64,000 nt of DNA from Selenomonas ruminantium (GTDB taxonomy: Bacteria; Bacillota; Negativicutes; Selenomonadales; Selenomonadaceae), in assembly GCA_902780915.1 (NCBI GenBank), contig CACZHK010000011.1:3767-67766 (forward strand). The letters are read 5' to 3'. Under the pieces are notes generated by a model. The model searched no databases and had not been told where the DNA came from. It worked only from the letters and a program-made list of their open reading frames with translations. Position numbers and translations under genes: made by a program. Shown here piece after piece: positions 1 through 12,600 of the stretch. The first letter of the stretch is position 1; the number at the start of each line of letters is the position of its first letter.

Positions 1-113
1 ATTACTTCGTTCACGACTACCTTTCAATAGATAAGGAATTGGCCTGGGACATGATAGAGAAGGATATTCCGACTCTATACGAAAACCTTTGTAACATATT
101 GAAGGACAAATAA
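1..113 (+). CDS. Window-truncated C-terminal fragment of a HepT/DUF86-like (HEPN) toxin
   Basis: Frame 3 is open from the window edge to TAA at 111-113 and reads YFVHDYLSIDKELAWDMIEKDIPTLYENLCNILKDK. The VHDY..ID....W..I..D.P.L pattern matches the DUF86 C-terminus as I remember it. Only 36 aa are visible. Confidence 0.4.
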   Translation, partial: YFVHDYLSIDKELAWDMIEKDIPTLYENLCNILKDK

Positions 114-141
114 CCGGCCAGCAACAGAGTATTTACGCAAT

Positions 142-1263
142 TCATCTGCCACGATTGCTGGCCTTGCCTGCCTCGCCCAGATGCCGAATCTTGTCTTCGC
201 CGAATTTCGTCTTGATCTTGTCAATGGCCGAGTAGAGGCTTTCCTTCTTGCGGTTTTCCTCCAAACTGAAAAGGGAAAGCTCACTGGGGGCATTGAAGCC
301 GCTGCAGCTTACTCCCTCCTCATCATAGCAGACAGCCTCCTCAAGCTTTCGCTGACGGGTGTAGGTGGAAAAGTCCGCCAGCCTGATTTTGATCTGCACT
401 GTCTGGGCTTTCTTGCCACTCCGACGAAGCCGCCAGCCCACTTGGGAAGCCAGCGAGAGCAGATGGTGCTCTGCCTCCTCTCCTGAATGCAGGTCTTCCT
501 CAAAAGTAGTCTCCTTGCCGAGGGACTGAGCTTCCCGCGGAACTTCCACAGGCCGGTCATCCCTGCCATTTGCCAGCTCCACCAGATGATTTGCCAGTCT
601 CTCCCCCACCTGCCTTTGCAAAAGCTCCGGCCTGGCCTTGGCAATATCACCGATGCAGCGATAGCCCAGCTGCAAAAGCCTGGCCTCTGTCTTCTTACCC
701 ACTCCCCAGATGCGTGAGACAGGCAGGGGCCAGAGAATATTCTGAATGTCTTCGGGACGGATGACCACCAGCCCATCCGGCTTCTCCAAATCGGAAGCCA
801 GCTTGGCCAGGAATTTGTTGGGAGCAACGCCCACTGAGGCCACCAGCCCGGTCTCCGCCAAGACAGTTTCTTTCAGTTTCAGCCCATAAGCTCTGGGATT
901 GCCCTTGAGCAGATGTTCCATGCCAGTGAGGTCAAGGAAGCCCTCATCTATGGAGAGGGGTTCTATCAAAGGCGAAAAGCGGGAGAGTATCTCAAAGATC
1001 TGTGCCGAAACAGCTCCATACTGGCGGTAATTGCCCTGCAGGAAAATTCCTGCGGGGCATTTCCTTTTGGCCAGAGCCATGGGCATAGCCGAACGCACCC
1101 CATACTGCCTGGCTTCATAAGAAGCAGTGGACACCACGCCCCTGGCTGAAAGCCCACCGACAATGACAGGCTTCCCCTTGAATTCCGGGTGGTCTCTCTG
1201 CTCTACCGCAGCAAAGAAACAATCCATATCCACATGAAGAACCAGTCGCTCATGTTGTTCCAT
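142..1263 (-). CDS. dinB: DNA polymerase IV (Y-family translesion polymerase)
   Basis: The ORF 142..1350 carries HVDMDCFFAAVE and SIDEGFLDLT motifs. The start is trimmed to ATG 1263 (MEQHERLVLHVDMD), which is preceded by GGAGAGGAG. Confidence 0.9.
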   Translation of the reverse strand: MEQHERLVLHVDMDCFFAAVEQRDHPEFKGKPVIVGGLSARGVVSTASYEARQYGVRSAMPMALAKRKCPAGIFLQGNYRQYGAVSAQIFEILSRFSPLIEPLSIDEGFLDLTGMEHLLKGNPRAYGLKLKETVLAETGLVASVGVAPNKFLAKLASDLEKPDGLVVIRPEDIQNILWPLPVSRIWGVGKKTEARLLQLGYRCIGDIAKARPELLQRQVGERLANHLVELANGRDDRPVEVPREAQSLGKETTFEEDLHSGEEAEHHLLSLASQVGWRLRRSGKKAQTVQIKIRLADFSTYTRQRKLEEAVCYDEEGVSCSGFNAPSELSLFSLEENRKKESLYSAIDKIKTKFGEDKIRHLGEAGKASNRGR

Positions 1264-1432
1264 AATCGCTCCTCTCCTGTAACCTCCAGCCTCCTGCCCT
1301 TTCTTGGATATCAACGCATCAGAAAACCACGAGGCATCGTTTGTCTGCAAGCATGATATTTCCTTTTCAGAGGAAGTGCATGTATTGCCAAAAACGCTGC
1401 CCGCACAGAATGCAGGCAGCGTTTCATCTTAT

Positions 1433-3442
<2,010 letters not shown>

Positions 3443-3514
3443 TCCATTGCCCCTCCTTCTGCCAAGGCCATGAATCCCTGCCCGGCACGATTTTTTTCAT
3501 ATTCCAACTTGCAA

Positions 3515-4060
3515 TCAAGCGTAAATCTCAGGTTTCAGAACCCCGATGAAAGGAAGATTGCGGTAAACCTCGGCGTAATCCAGGCCATAGCCCACCAGGA
3601 ATTCATCAGGCACCTCGAAGCCGCAGTAGTCGATATGCACATCCACCGTGCGGCGGGAAGGCTTGGACAGCAGGGAGCAGAGCTTCACGCTGGCAGGCTT
3701 GCGCTCCCTGAAGTACTTCATAAGGTAATTCATGGTGGTGCCTGAGTCGATGATATCCTCGATGACGATGAGGTGCTTGCCCTCGATGTCGTAATCAAGA
3801 TCCTTCAAGATCTTCACGGAACCCGTGGTAGAGGTGCCATTGCCATAGCTGGAAGCGATCATGAAGTCATATCGCACGGGCAGGTTGATCTGCTGCACCA
3901 GATCCGTATAGAAGTTCACAGCTCCTTTGAGGATGCCGACGCAGTAGATTTCCTCCTGCACATCCTTGTAGTCCTCAGTGATGCGGCGGCCCAGCTCGGC
4001 AATCTTCTCGCGGATCTGCTCCTCGGTGAACACTACCTTTTCGATATCGTCTCTCATCAT
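3515..4060 (-). CDS. hpt: Hypoxanthine phosphoribosyltransferase
   Basis: PRPP loop LIVIEDIIDSGTT. The tilS-hpt-ftsH order matches Bacillus. ATG 4060 follows AGAGGAGAGG. Confidence 0.9.
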   Translation of the reverse strand: MMRDDIEKVVFTEEQIREKIAELGRRITEDYKDVQEEIYCVGILKGAVNFYTDLVQQINLPVRYDFMIASSYGNGTSTTGSVKILKDLDYDIEGKHLIVIEDIIDSGTTMNYLMKYFRERKPASVKLCSLLSKPSRRTVDVHIDYCGFEVPDEFLVGYGLDYAEVYRNLPFIGVLKPEIYA

Positions 4061-4067
4061 GATGGGT

Positions 4068-5084
4068 TTACCTCTCCTCTTGCATAAATCTTGCATAAAG
4101 CTTCTTTTTTTCCCGGTACAGCCGCAGGCACCTGCCGTGAGGAAGCTGCTGCTGGCTGCCGGCGTGGCCCGTATCTATGATATGGCAGAGCCGCAGCACA
4201 TGGGCATAGGGCAGATCCTTGCACTCGCCTGTCTCCTGCTGCCAGAAAAGCCGCAGCACATGCCACTTGAGTGCCCTGGGCAGCTGCTTGAATCCTTCTG
4301 CTTCCAAGCCCTCTTTTCCTGCCAGTTTTGCAAAAACCCTCCCGGCCTCTGCCCCGATAAAGTCTGACTCGGCAGCACTGATGGCGGCCAGCTGGCAGAG
4401 AGCCTGCACCAGCCGGGGATTGTACTCCTCCCTGAGCCGGGGAAGTGTCTCCAGCCGCAGGCGGTTGCGGGTGCAGTCCGGCAAATCATTGGTGGCATCC
4501 TGCCGGGGGCAAAGGCCTCTGGCTTCGCAATAAGCCTCAATGGCCGCCCGGGGGGCAAAGAGCAGGGGGCGGATCAAGGGCAGTTCCCCTTCCGTCCTGG
4601 GCCGCATGGCTGCAAGCCCTGCAGTGCCCGTGCCTCTCAGGAGCCGCATCAGAACTGTCTCCGCCTGGTCATCTGCCTGATGGGCAGTGGCAATGAGGTC
4701 AAGGCCACGCTCCCTTCTGGTCTTTTCCAGAAAGCCATAGCGGCACTTACGGGCGGCAGTCTCGAGGGACAGCTTCCTTTCCTCCGCATAGGCTGGCACA
4801 TCGCCGTGGGCAACAGTGCAGGGAATGCCGCGTTCCTCACAGAAACCCGCTACAAAGTCTGCATCCTCCTGCGAAGCTCCATCCTCCACCCGTATGCCAT
4901 GCTCGAAGTGGGCGGCTTCCACGATGAAATCGTATTTGGAAAGTCTTGAGAGCCGCCAGAGGATATCCAGCAGAGCCAGGGAATCCGGGCCGCCGGAGCA
5001 GGCCACCAGCACCCCGGCACCAATGGGAATCAGGCCCTCATGTTCGCAGAATCTGGCCGTATCCTTCAGCAGCGCTTCCAGCAT
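4068..5084 (-). CDS. tilS: tRNA(Ile)-lysidine synthetase
   Basis: PP-loop SGGPDS near the N-terminus. The position immediately upstream of hpt is conserved. Confidence 0.85.
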   Translation of the reverse strand: MLEALLKDTARFCEHEGLIPIGAGVLVACSGGPDSLALLDILWRLSRLSKYDFIVEAAHFEHGIRVEDGASQEDADFVAGFCEERGIPCTVAHGDVPAYAEERKLSLETAARKCRYGFLEKTRRERGLDLIATAHQADDQAETVLMRLLRGTGTAGLAAMRPRTEGELPLIRPLLFAPRAAIEAYCEARGLCPRQDATNDLPDCTRNRLRLETLPRLREEYNPRLVQALCQLAAISAAESDFIGAEAGRVFAKLAGKEGLEAEGFKQLPRALKWHVLRLFWQQETGECKDLPYAHVLRLCHIIDTGHAGSQQQLPHGRCLRLYREKKKLYARFMQEER

Positions 5085-5109
5085 GGGGACTTTCCTCCTT
5101 GATTAAGCA

Positions 5110-5136
5110 GAAAAAGCACCCTGAGTAACAGAGTGC
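5110..5136 (-). terminator. Intrinsic terminator after the S1-domain gene
   Basis: Minus strand reads GCACTCTG-loop-CAGGGTGC followed by TTTTT. Confidence 0.5.
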
Positions 5137-5239
5137 TTATATACGCCAGCAAACAATCAATCTGAACGGCGTGAACCCCGTCCCCCGCGCTTGGAATCAG
5201 TTTTGCGGCGCAGATCCGTGAGACGCTCATCGCTGTCCT

Positions 5240-5503
5240 TCAGGAACTCGCTGCCTCCTCAGGCTTCTTTTCCTGAAGCTGCTTGATGGAAAGACCAATC
5301 TTGCCACGGTCATCTACGCTGACCACCTTGACTTTGACCTTGTCCTTTTCGCTCAGGAAGTCATGGACATCCTTTACATAGACATCGGCCACCTCTGAAA
5401 TATGGATGAGTCCGGTCTTTCCCTCCGGCAACTCCACAAAGGCACCAAAATTGCTGATACCCGTGACTACGCCCTCAACCACGCTGCCAACTTCAATGGA
5501 CAA
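5240..5503 (-). CDS. S1 RNA-binding domain protein (YabR-like)
   Basis: S1 fold signature VEGVVTGISNFGAFVELPEGKTGLIHISE. TTG start at 5503 lies 9 nt after AAGGAGGA. The position between divIC and tilS matches B. subtilis yabR. Confidence 0.8.
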   Translation of the reverse strand: MSIEVGSVVEGVVTGISNFGAFVELPEGKTGLIHISEVADVYVKDVHDFLSEKDKVKVKVVSVDDRGKIGLSIKQLQEKKPEEAASS

Positions 5504-5564
5504 TGAAATTCTTCCTCCTTAAAGTAAATGGGAATACACAGATACCCTGATGCCTCAAACTGTG

Positions 5565-5879
5565 TCAAGGCTGGGCCTGCTTGCGGCCGGCCCCGCCCGG
5601 ACTGTAGGGCAGCTCCCCTTCGCGGGTCATGCCCAGTTCCTCCCGGGCCAGTTTCTCTATGTAATCCATACGGTTCAAGTTTTCCCGCTCCTGACGCAGG
5701 GCCTCGTTTTCCTGCCTGGCTGCCGCCAGGCGCTGCTCCGCTGCCTCTTGGTCTTCACTGACCTGGCTCAGGTACATTTGCTGGGAAATCATAATCGAAG
5801 AGAAATACGCTATGACCAGTATCAGCACCAGAAAGAACCAGCTGAAACGCCTTTTCTTAGACTGCCGAGTCGGTATCAT
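5565..5879 (-). CDS. divIC: Septum formation initiator, FtsB/DivIC family
   Basis: Single N-terminal TM segment followed by a coiled coil (EAAEQRLAAARQENEALRQERENL) and the C-terminal YIEKLAREELGM motif. The second ATG (5879) has better spacing to GGGGAGGA. Confidence 0.75.
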   Translation of the reverse strand: MIPTRQSKKRRFSWFFLVLILVIAYFSSIMISQQMYLSQVSEDQEAAEQRLAAARQENEALRQERENLNRMDYIEKLAREELGMTREGELPYSPGGAGRKQAQP

Positions 5880-5999
5880 GCCCATTCCTCCCCTTGCTTA
5901 ATATCACACCCTCTTATAATACCTGCAAATAGGCTTCCTTGCAAGCATTAAGGGCATTTTTCGTGCAATTTTCCTCTAAAAAAAATATTTGCGGGAAAA

Positions 6000-6458
6000 T
6001 CATCGCTCTGACCACTGGAAATAGTCCGTGGTGGCAATGCGCCGATAGACGGACTTGCAATAGGGGCAGGAAAAATGATCCTTCACATTCTCCATATCAG
6101 GCTTGCCGTTGACGATGGTCACAGGCCGCCCCTCCACATAGTCCATGCGCTCCCCGCAACGGGGGCACTCGCATTTGCCGTCCGCCTCGCGCTTCAGCTG
6201 GGTGGGCGGTATATCTCCTGTTCTCAGTATCTTCTTGGGCGGCTTGGGCAGGGGGAATACATCGTAAAAACCCGAGCCCAGGAGCTCGCGGTAAAAGACA
6301 CCGCAGTTATGGCATTCATGCTTGGGCAGGATGGAATCCATATCGGCCCTTCCGCCTACCAGCTGCACCGCCTGGCCTTCCACATACTTAAGTTCCTGCC
6401 CGCAGGTGGGGCAAACGAAATTATTTTGGGCATTACGCTCCAGCTTTGTCACTGACAT
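6000..6458 (-). CDS. Hypothetical protein made of two tandem zinc-ribbon modules
   Basis: Two internally repeated units: CPTCGQELKYVEGQAV..HECHNCGVFYR and CPRCGERMDYVEGRPV..FSCPYCKSVYRR. Confidence 0.6.
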   Translation of the reverse strand: MSVTKLERNAQNNFVCPTCGQELKYVEGQAVQLVGGRADMDSILPKHECHNCGVFYRELLGSGFYDVFPLPKPPKKILRTGDIPPTQLKREADGKCECPRCGERMDYVEGRPVTIVNGKPDMENVKDHFSCPYCKSVYRRIATTDYFQWSER

Positions 6459-6572
6459 TCAAGTCCACCGCTCTTTCCGACTGCCGGCAGCAAGCAGTCC
6501 AACTTTAGACGCCGTTCTTTATCCTCTTTAATTCCCCACGCAGGTATAAAAAACCTGCCGCCCCAAAAATTT

Positions 6573-7694
6573 TTAAGGGCGGCAGAGTTCAATTATTTTT
6601 TTGGCGATGAGAGCAGCCGCCTCAGGATGGGAGCAGGCTCTGGCCTTCTCTCCCATGGCAGGCAATTCTCCCTGCAGCAGCTCAGTCACAGCCCTGGCTA
6701 AGGACTCGCCGGGATGGAGCCAGACCGCCGCCCCATGGCGGGCAGCGTAGACGGCATTCTCCGTCTCGGGGCCGGGAATGGGATCGTGCAGCAGCATGGG
6801 CAGCCCCAGCACAAAGGCTTCGCTGATGGTGAGGCCGCCAGGCTTGGTTATGAGCAGGTCGGAGGCTCCCATCAGTCGGCGGGCTTCATCAGTGTAACCC
6901 CAGCAGTGGATGGCATGATGGGATGCTTCGCCCAGCGCCCGCACTCTGTCCAGCAATTTCTCGTTGCGCCCCGCGATGACCAGCAGCTGCAATCGCTCTG
7001 GCAAACGCTCCAGCTGCCGCAGGGTGCCATCAAGACCTCCCAGCCCCAGGCCGCCCCCCATGAGCAGCACCGTGGGCAGTTCCTCCAGCCCCAGCTGCTG
7101 CCGCAGTTCCCTCTTGGCAGGCAGATCCTTCAGCTCCATGGAAACGGGAATCCCGGCCGCCATAGCCAGCTTCGGCGCAAGGCCCTTCCGCCCCATTTCC
7201 TGCCGCATGGCTTCCGTGGCCATGAAGTAGGCATCTACCTGGGGATAGAGCCATATCTGGTGCAGGCTGTAGTCAGTCATGACCACTGCCAGAGGCAGGT
7301 CCTTGCCTGCTGCCTGCAGCTCTTCCTTCAGGAGGGCGCAGGCTCCCTCGGGGAAGGGATGGGTGCAGAGCACCAGATCCGGCCTGGCTCCTGCCACGAT
7401 TTTTCTCAAGGCCGGCAGCATCAGCCGGGCCACAGCAGTCTGGGCCATCCCCCCGCCTGACTCACCCCCGGAAAACTTGTAGCAGAGGTCATAAAGATTG
7501 GGCACCCAGGCCAGCATGATGAGATAGAGCTTCTTGGTCAGCCAGTGAAGCAGGGATGTTTCCCTTGACATGAAATCCACTGTTATAAGCTCCAGCTCCG
7601 GCTCCTGCCGCCGAAGTTCTTCGGCCACCGCCTCGGCGGCCTTGATATGCCCGGAACCCACCGAGGCTGTGAGTATCAGGATGCGTTTCTTCAT
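6573..7694 (-). CDS. Diacylglycerol glycosyltransferase (MGDG synthase / UgtP-like, GT28)
   Basis: N-terminal ILILTASVGSGHIKAAEAV and C-terminal ITKPGGLTISEA motifs typical of the MGDG-synthase family. Confidence 0.8.
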   Translation of the reverse strand: MKKRILILTASVGSGHIKAAEAVAEELRRQEPELELITVDFMSRETSLLHWLTKKLYLIMLAWVPNLYDLCYKFSGGESGGGMAQTAVARLMLPALRKIVAGARPDLVLCTHPFPEGACALLKEELQAAGKDLPLAVVMTDYSLHQIWLYPQVDAYFMATEAMRQEMGRKGLAPKLAMAAGIPVSMELKDLPAKRELRQQLGLEELPTVLLMGGGLGLGGLDGTLRQLERLPERLQLLVIAGRNEKLLDRVRALGEASHHAIHCWGYTDEARRLMGASDLLITKPGGLTISEAFVLGLPMLLHDPIPGPETENAVYAARHGAAVWLHPGESLARAVTELLQGELPAMGEKARACSHPEAAALIAKKIIELCRP

Positions 7695-8461
7695 GCAGTC
7701 AGCCCCCCGTCTACCCCCCAGACTGCCCCCGTCACGAAGGAAGCAGCGGGAGAGGCCAAAAAAACAATGAGGCTGGCTGCTTCCTCAGGGGTGCCGATGC
7801 GCCCCAAGGGGTAGACCGAAGCCATTTCCCGCAGGGCTGCCTCGCGGTCAGGGCTGCCCGCCAGCTGATTCTCCGTCAGTGGGGTCAGGATATCCCCCGG
7901 GGCGATGGCATTCACCCGCACGCCGAAGGAGGCCAGTTCCAGTGCCATAGCCCTGGTAAAGAGCACCACCGCCCCCTTGCTGGCGCAGTAAGCACTGCAA
8001 TAGTAATTGCCATGCACTCCCGCATCGGAAGCCACATTCACCACGTTGCCCCTGCTTCGTTTGAGTTCCGGCAGGGCCGCCTGGGTGAGCCAGAAGGTGC
8101 CCTTCACATTGACGGAGAGGATTTCTTCCAGCCCCTCCTCCGTCACCTCCTCCAAGGCGCTTTCCCGGTAAAGTCCCGCAGAATTCACCACCACATCGAG
8201 CCTGCCAAAAGCGGTGACCGCTTCCCCCACCGCCCGCTGGCAGTCAGCTCTCTTTGCTACATCGCCCTGTATATATCTCATATTCTCAGAGGAAAATTCC
8301 TGCCCCAGCAGCGCCAGTGCCTCTTTGCCCCGCCCTGAATCCCTGCCCAGCAGCATGACCTTCGCCCCGGCTCTCAGCAGCAGCCCTGCCGCCGCCAGGC
8401 CGATGCCTGAGGTGCCCCCGGAAATCAGCACGGCCTTCCCTCTCATATCCATCAGGTCCAT
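7691..8461 (-). CDS. Short-chain dehydrogenase/reductase (SDR) family oxidoreductase
   Basis: Cofactor motif SGGTSGIGLA, NSAG, and the catalytic YCASKGA. A 4-nt overlap with the downstream glycosyltransferase suggests one operon. Confidence 0.85.
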   Translation of the reverse strand: MDLMDMRGKAVLISGGTSGIGLAAAGLLLRAGAKVMLLGRDSGRGKEALALLGQEFSSENMRYIQGDVAKRADCQRAVGEAVTAFGRLDVVVNSAGLYRESALEEVTEEGLEEILSVNVKGTFWLTQAALPELKRSRGNVVNVASDAGVHGNYYCSAYCASKGAVVLFTRAMALELASFGVRVNAIAPGDILTPLTENQLAGSPDREAALREMASVYPLGRIGTPEEAASLIVFLASPAASFVTGAVWGVDGGLTA

Positions 8462-8531
8462 AAAGTCCCCTCTATACGCGAAAAGCCGGGCTCCCTGGGA
8501 AGCCCGGCCTCTCTATCAATGCACGTAATGA

Positions 8532-8804
8532 TCAGTTCACAGCGTCCTTCAGAGCCTTGCCTGCCTTGAACACGGGGTTCTTGGAAGCGGGAATCTGAAT
8601 ATCCGCACCGGTGCGGGGATTGCGGCCCGTACGAGCTGCGCGCTCCTTTACCTCGAAGGTACCGAAGCCGATGATCTGGATCTTGTCTCCCTCGATGAGA
8701 GCCTGCTGGACAGTAGTAAACAGAGCGTTTACTGCCTTTTCAGCGTCCTTCTTGGTGAGACCTGCTGTTTCAGCCACATTAGCTACCAATTCAGTTTTGT
8801 TCAC
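8532..8804 (-). CDS. hup: Nucleoid protein HU
   Basis: A 90-aa HU sequence ([11 protein letters not shown]...[21 protein letters not shown]). GTG start at 8804 lies 8 nt after AAGGAGG. The longer track ORF to 8924 has no HU-like N-terminus. Confidence 0.9.
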   Translation of the reverse strand: MNKTELVANVAETAGLTKKDAEKAVNALFTTVQQALIEGDKIQIIGFGTFEVKERAARTGRNPRTGADIQIPASKNPVFKAGKALKDAVN

Positions 8805-8939
8805 AACCGTAGCCTCCTTAAAAGAGTTTTTGCGGGAAAGATGAAAGAACCCATCTATTCCTGTACGGTAGGTTCTATTCGCCAGCTCGCGCAATATTCC
8901 TACCTGCTTAGAAGAATTTACCAAAAAAACCTTGAAAAA

Positions 8940-9635
8940 TCAAGGCTTTTCAACAAAAAAAGGCTTCCGAGGCACAAAAAACGTAGTCAGATGGTCGATA
9001 TCAGGCTGGCGGTCCAGCTCATAGAGGGGAATCCTTCTCAATGACTCATCCGGCAGAGCCAGATTGTGGATATAAAGGCCCTCGTATTCATCCCCATAAA
9101 GCTCCATCAGCGCCAGTTTCGTATCCGAGGCAATCTGCCGGTTATAGACCTGGCTCACCACCAGGGACTGCAGGGGACGCTCCCTGAGTTTTTCCACGTC
9201 CTCTGCGTCGATGATGGTGAGGCCCTCGATGGGGTCAATGCCCAATCTGGTATACATGACCTCCACGAAGCTCATGCCCGGCAGGATTTCCACCTCCACC
9301 GAGGTTTCCTTCGCCATTTCCCGCAGCAGCACCACCGTGCGCTCTGCCACCAGGGGGCTGCCGGGAACGGCATAGAGGAAGTCCCCCTCCTCCTGCGCCC
9401 GCTTCAGCAAATCCCCGGCAATGGCGCTATAGAGCTCTTCAAAACTGCCAGCCTGCTCGTAGAAATTATCATAGGTGGAAAACTCGATGCCCGCGGCCCT
9501 GATCTCCTCCACCGTAGGATGGATAGCGGTGCGCAGCACCACCGGCAGTTCCTTAGAACTCAGCAGCTGCCAGCTTTCCCGGGTAATGAGCCCGGCCCTG
9601 CCCGGCCCCAGGCCCAGGACTGTTATCTTTGCCAT
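8940..9635 (-). CDS. Tetrapyrrole-methylase-fold protein (YabN N-terminal domain-like, no MazG domain)
   Basis: MAKITVLGLGPG start and a PGSPLVAE motif. The position downstream of mfd matches B. subtilis yabN, but the protein has only 231 aa. Confidence 0.75.
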   Translation of the reverse strand: MAKITVLGLGPGRAGLITRESWQLLSSKELPVVLRTAIHPTVEEIRAAGIEFSTYDNFYEQAGSFEELYSAIAGDLLKRAQEEGDFLYAVPGSPLVAERTVVLLREMAKETSVEVEILPGMSFVEVMYTRLGIDPIEGLTIIDAEDVEKLRERPLQSLVVSQVYNRQIASDTKLALMELYGDEYEGLYIHNLALPDESLRRIPLYELDRQPDIDHLTTFFVPRKPFFVEKP

Positions 9636-12600
9636 TTATCTTTTTCTCCTTCGCACTCTTCATTTTTTCCGCCTGGCTGGCCATGGCCGCCTCCTCGTCC
9701 CCGTCTGCCAGAAGCAGCACCCGCAGCACGAAGGAAGCGATATTTTTCTTCTTGGCCTCCGTCAGGCCTATCTCATAGTCACCGGTCTTGATGATGCGGC
9801 GCAGATTGTGGCCGAAATACTTGTCTATGAGCATGAGGCCCTTGGCGGGCAGGCGCCGCCCCGGCATGAGATGCAGGGCCAGAGCCTTAGGCTGGACAAT
9901 CACCGAGCGCAAGCCCAGCGCTCTGGCGTGGTTCTTGATGCGGGCAGCCTCCAGCAGGTTTCTGGCCGGAGCTGAGAGCTCGCCGAAGCGGTCCCGCATT
10001 TCCTCATAGAGAGCCTTTACCTCCTCGTCGCTGCGGATGGCGGCAATGCGCTGGTAAATCTCTATCTTGTGCATGGCATCATCTATGTAGTCAGCATCCA
10101 GATAGGCTTCGCAGGAAAGGTCAATGATGGGGTCAGGAGGAGGCTCCAGCACCGCGTCTTTCTTGCCGTGCTTCAGATTTTCCACCGCTTCTTCCAGCAG
10201 CTTGCAGTACATTTCAAAGCCCACGCTGGCAATATGCCCATGCTGCTGGGAGCCCAGGAGGTTGCCCGCCCCTCGGATTTCCAGATCCCGCATGGCAATC
10301 TTGAAGCCTGCCCCCAGCTGGGCGAATTCCTTCATGGCCTGCAGCCTCTTTTCCGCTGTCTCCGTGAGGATCTTGTCCCCCTGATATACGAAGTAAGCAA
10401 AGGCCATGTGGTGGGAGCGTCCCACCCGCCCCCGCATCTGGTAGAGCTGGGATAGGCCGAAGTGGTCGGCGTTGTAAACGATGATGGTATTGGCATTGGC
10501 CACATCCAGGCCATTTTCCACAATGCTGGTAGCCAGGAGGATGTCATAGCGGCCCTCGTAGAAGTCCATCATCACCTGTTCCAGCATTTCCTCCGGCATC
10601 TGGCCGTGGGCGGTCATGATGCGGGCATCCGGCACCAGATCCTGCAAGTGGTCCCGCATGCGGTCGATGGTGTCCACCCGGTTGTAGACAAAGTACACCT
10701 GCCCGCCCCGCTTGATTTCGCGCTTGATGGCGCCGGAGATAACCGCGTCGTTGTTCTCCACCACATAAGTCTGCACTGGGAAGCGCTCGGCTGGCGGCGT
10801 CTCGATGATGCTCATGTCCCGGGCCCCCACCAGGGACATGTGGAGGGTGCGGGGAATGGGGGTAGCCGACAGGGTCAGCACATCAAGTCCCGCCGACAAG
10901 CTGCGGATCTTTTCCTTCTGCTTCACCCCAAAGCGCTGCTCCTCATCCACAATGAGGAGCCCCAAATCCTTGAACTGCACCTTTTTCCTGTTCAGAATGG
11001 CATGGGTGCCGATGAGAATGTCCACCTGCCCCAATTTCACCTTTTCCAGGGTCTGCTTCTGCTCCTTGGCGGAACGGAAGCGGCAGATGACATCCACCTT
11101 GGGAGCAAAGTCGGCAAAGCGGGCGGTGAAGGTCTGGTAATGCTGCTGGGCCAGCACCGTGGTAGGCACCAGCACTGCCACCTGCTTGCCGTCCATGGCG
11201 GCCTTGTAAGCCGCCCGGATAGCCACCTCCGTCTTGCCAAAGCCCACATCCCCGCAGAGCAGGCGGTCCATGGGCTTTTCCTTTTCCATATCCTCCTTGA
11301 TTTCCTCGATGGCTTTCAGCTGATCCTCGGTCTCCTGATAGGGGAAGGCCTCCTCAAACTCGTGCTGGGTGGCATCATCGGGAGAAAAGGCTGTGCCCTT
11401 GGCCTCCCGGCGCTGGGCGTAAATCTCGATGAGCTTCTGGGCAATGTCCTCCACGGACTTCTTGGCCCTGGCCTTGGCCTTGGCCCACTCGGTGCCGCCC
11501 ATGCGGTGGAGCCTGGGCACCTCGCCCTCGGAGCCGATGTACTTCTGCAGGAGATTCACCTGCTCAGTAGGCACAAAGAGCTTGTCATCCCCGCCGTATT
11601 TGATGTGGAGATAGTCCTTGTGCACGCCCCCTACCTCAAGGGTTTCCACCCCCAGGTATTTGCCGATGCCGTGGTTCACATGCACCACATAGTCCCCGGG
11701 CTTGATATCCCGGAAATGGGACAGCTTTTCCCCCTTGGGTGTGCGCTTTACCCCCTGCCGCTTCTGATGGCCGAAGATATCCTTCTCTGTCACCACCACC
11801 AGTTGGGCCGCCGCCATTTCAAAGCCGGAAGTCAGGGCACCTACCTGGATATTCACCAGGCCTTTTTCCAGCGTCTCACCCTCTTTGATGACCAAGGAGG
11901 GAATGCGCTTCCGCGCAAAGAACTCCCGGATGCTGTTGGCCTTGTCCCGGGCATTCAGGAGAATCAGCACCTGCTGCTTCTGCCCCAGCCAGCGGCTAGC
12001 CTCGCTTTCCAAAAGATCCATCTGCCGATGGAAGGGTGTCATATTGGTGGAAGTGATGCTGACGGTGTTTTCCGGCTCCGCCCCCAGCACCTGCTGCAGC
12101 ATCAGGGCAGAATATATGACCCTGTTGCCCCTGGCACCCTCGATGAGATTTTCCCAGCTGAAAATGGAGTTCTTGATCTCCGGATTTTCCTTCACCATGG
12201 TGCGGATCTGCTCACGGATGCGGGTGGGTTCGTCAAAGATAACTGCCCCCCTGCCCCCCAGGTAGCTGAGGAAAGGCTCCGGCTTGCCATTGCTGTCAGT
12301 CTGCAGCAATGGCAGCACCGTGATTTCCGACAGCCCTGCCGACTTATCCGAGCGCATGGTGGAGAGGTCAAATTCTCTCAGGGACTCAATCTCGTCATCA
12401 AAGAACTCCAGCCGCACAGGAGAGAGAGCATTGATGGCAAAGATATCCATAATGCCGCCTCTGGCGCTGAACTGCCCGGCCCGCTCCACTTCCTCAGTGC
12501 GCTCATAGCCCAGTTCCGTCAGCCGCTGGATGAGTTTTTCCCTGGGCAGGACTTCCCCCAATTTTATAGAGAGGGCCAGCCGCTGGAAATCCGCAGGGCT

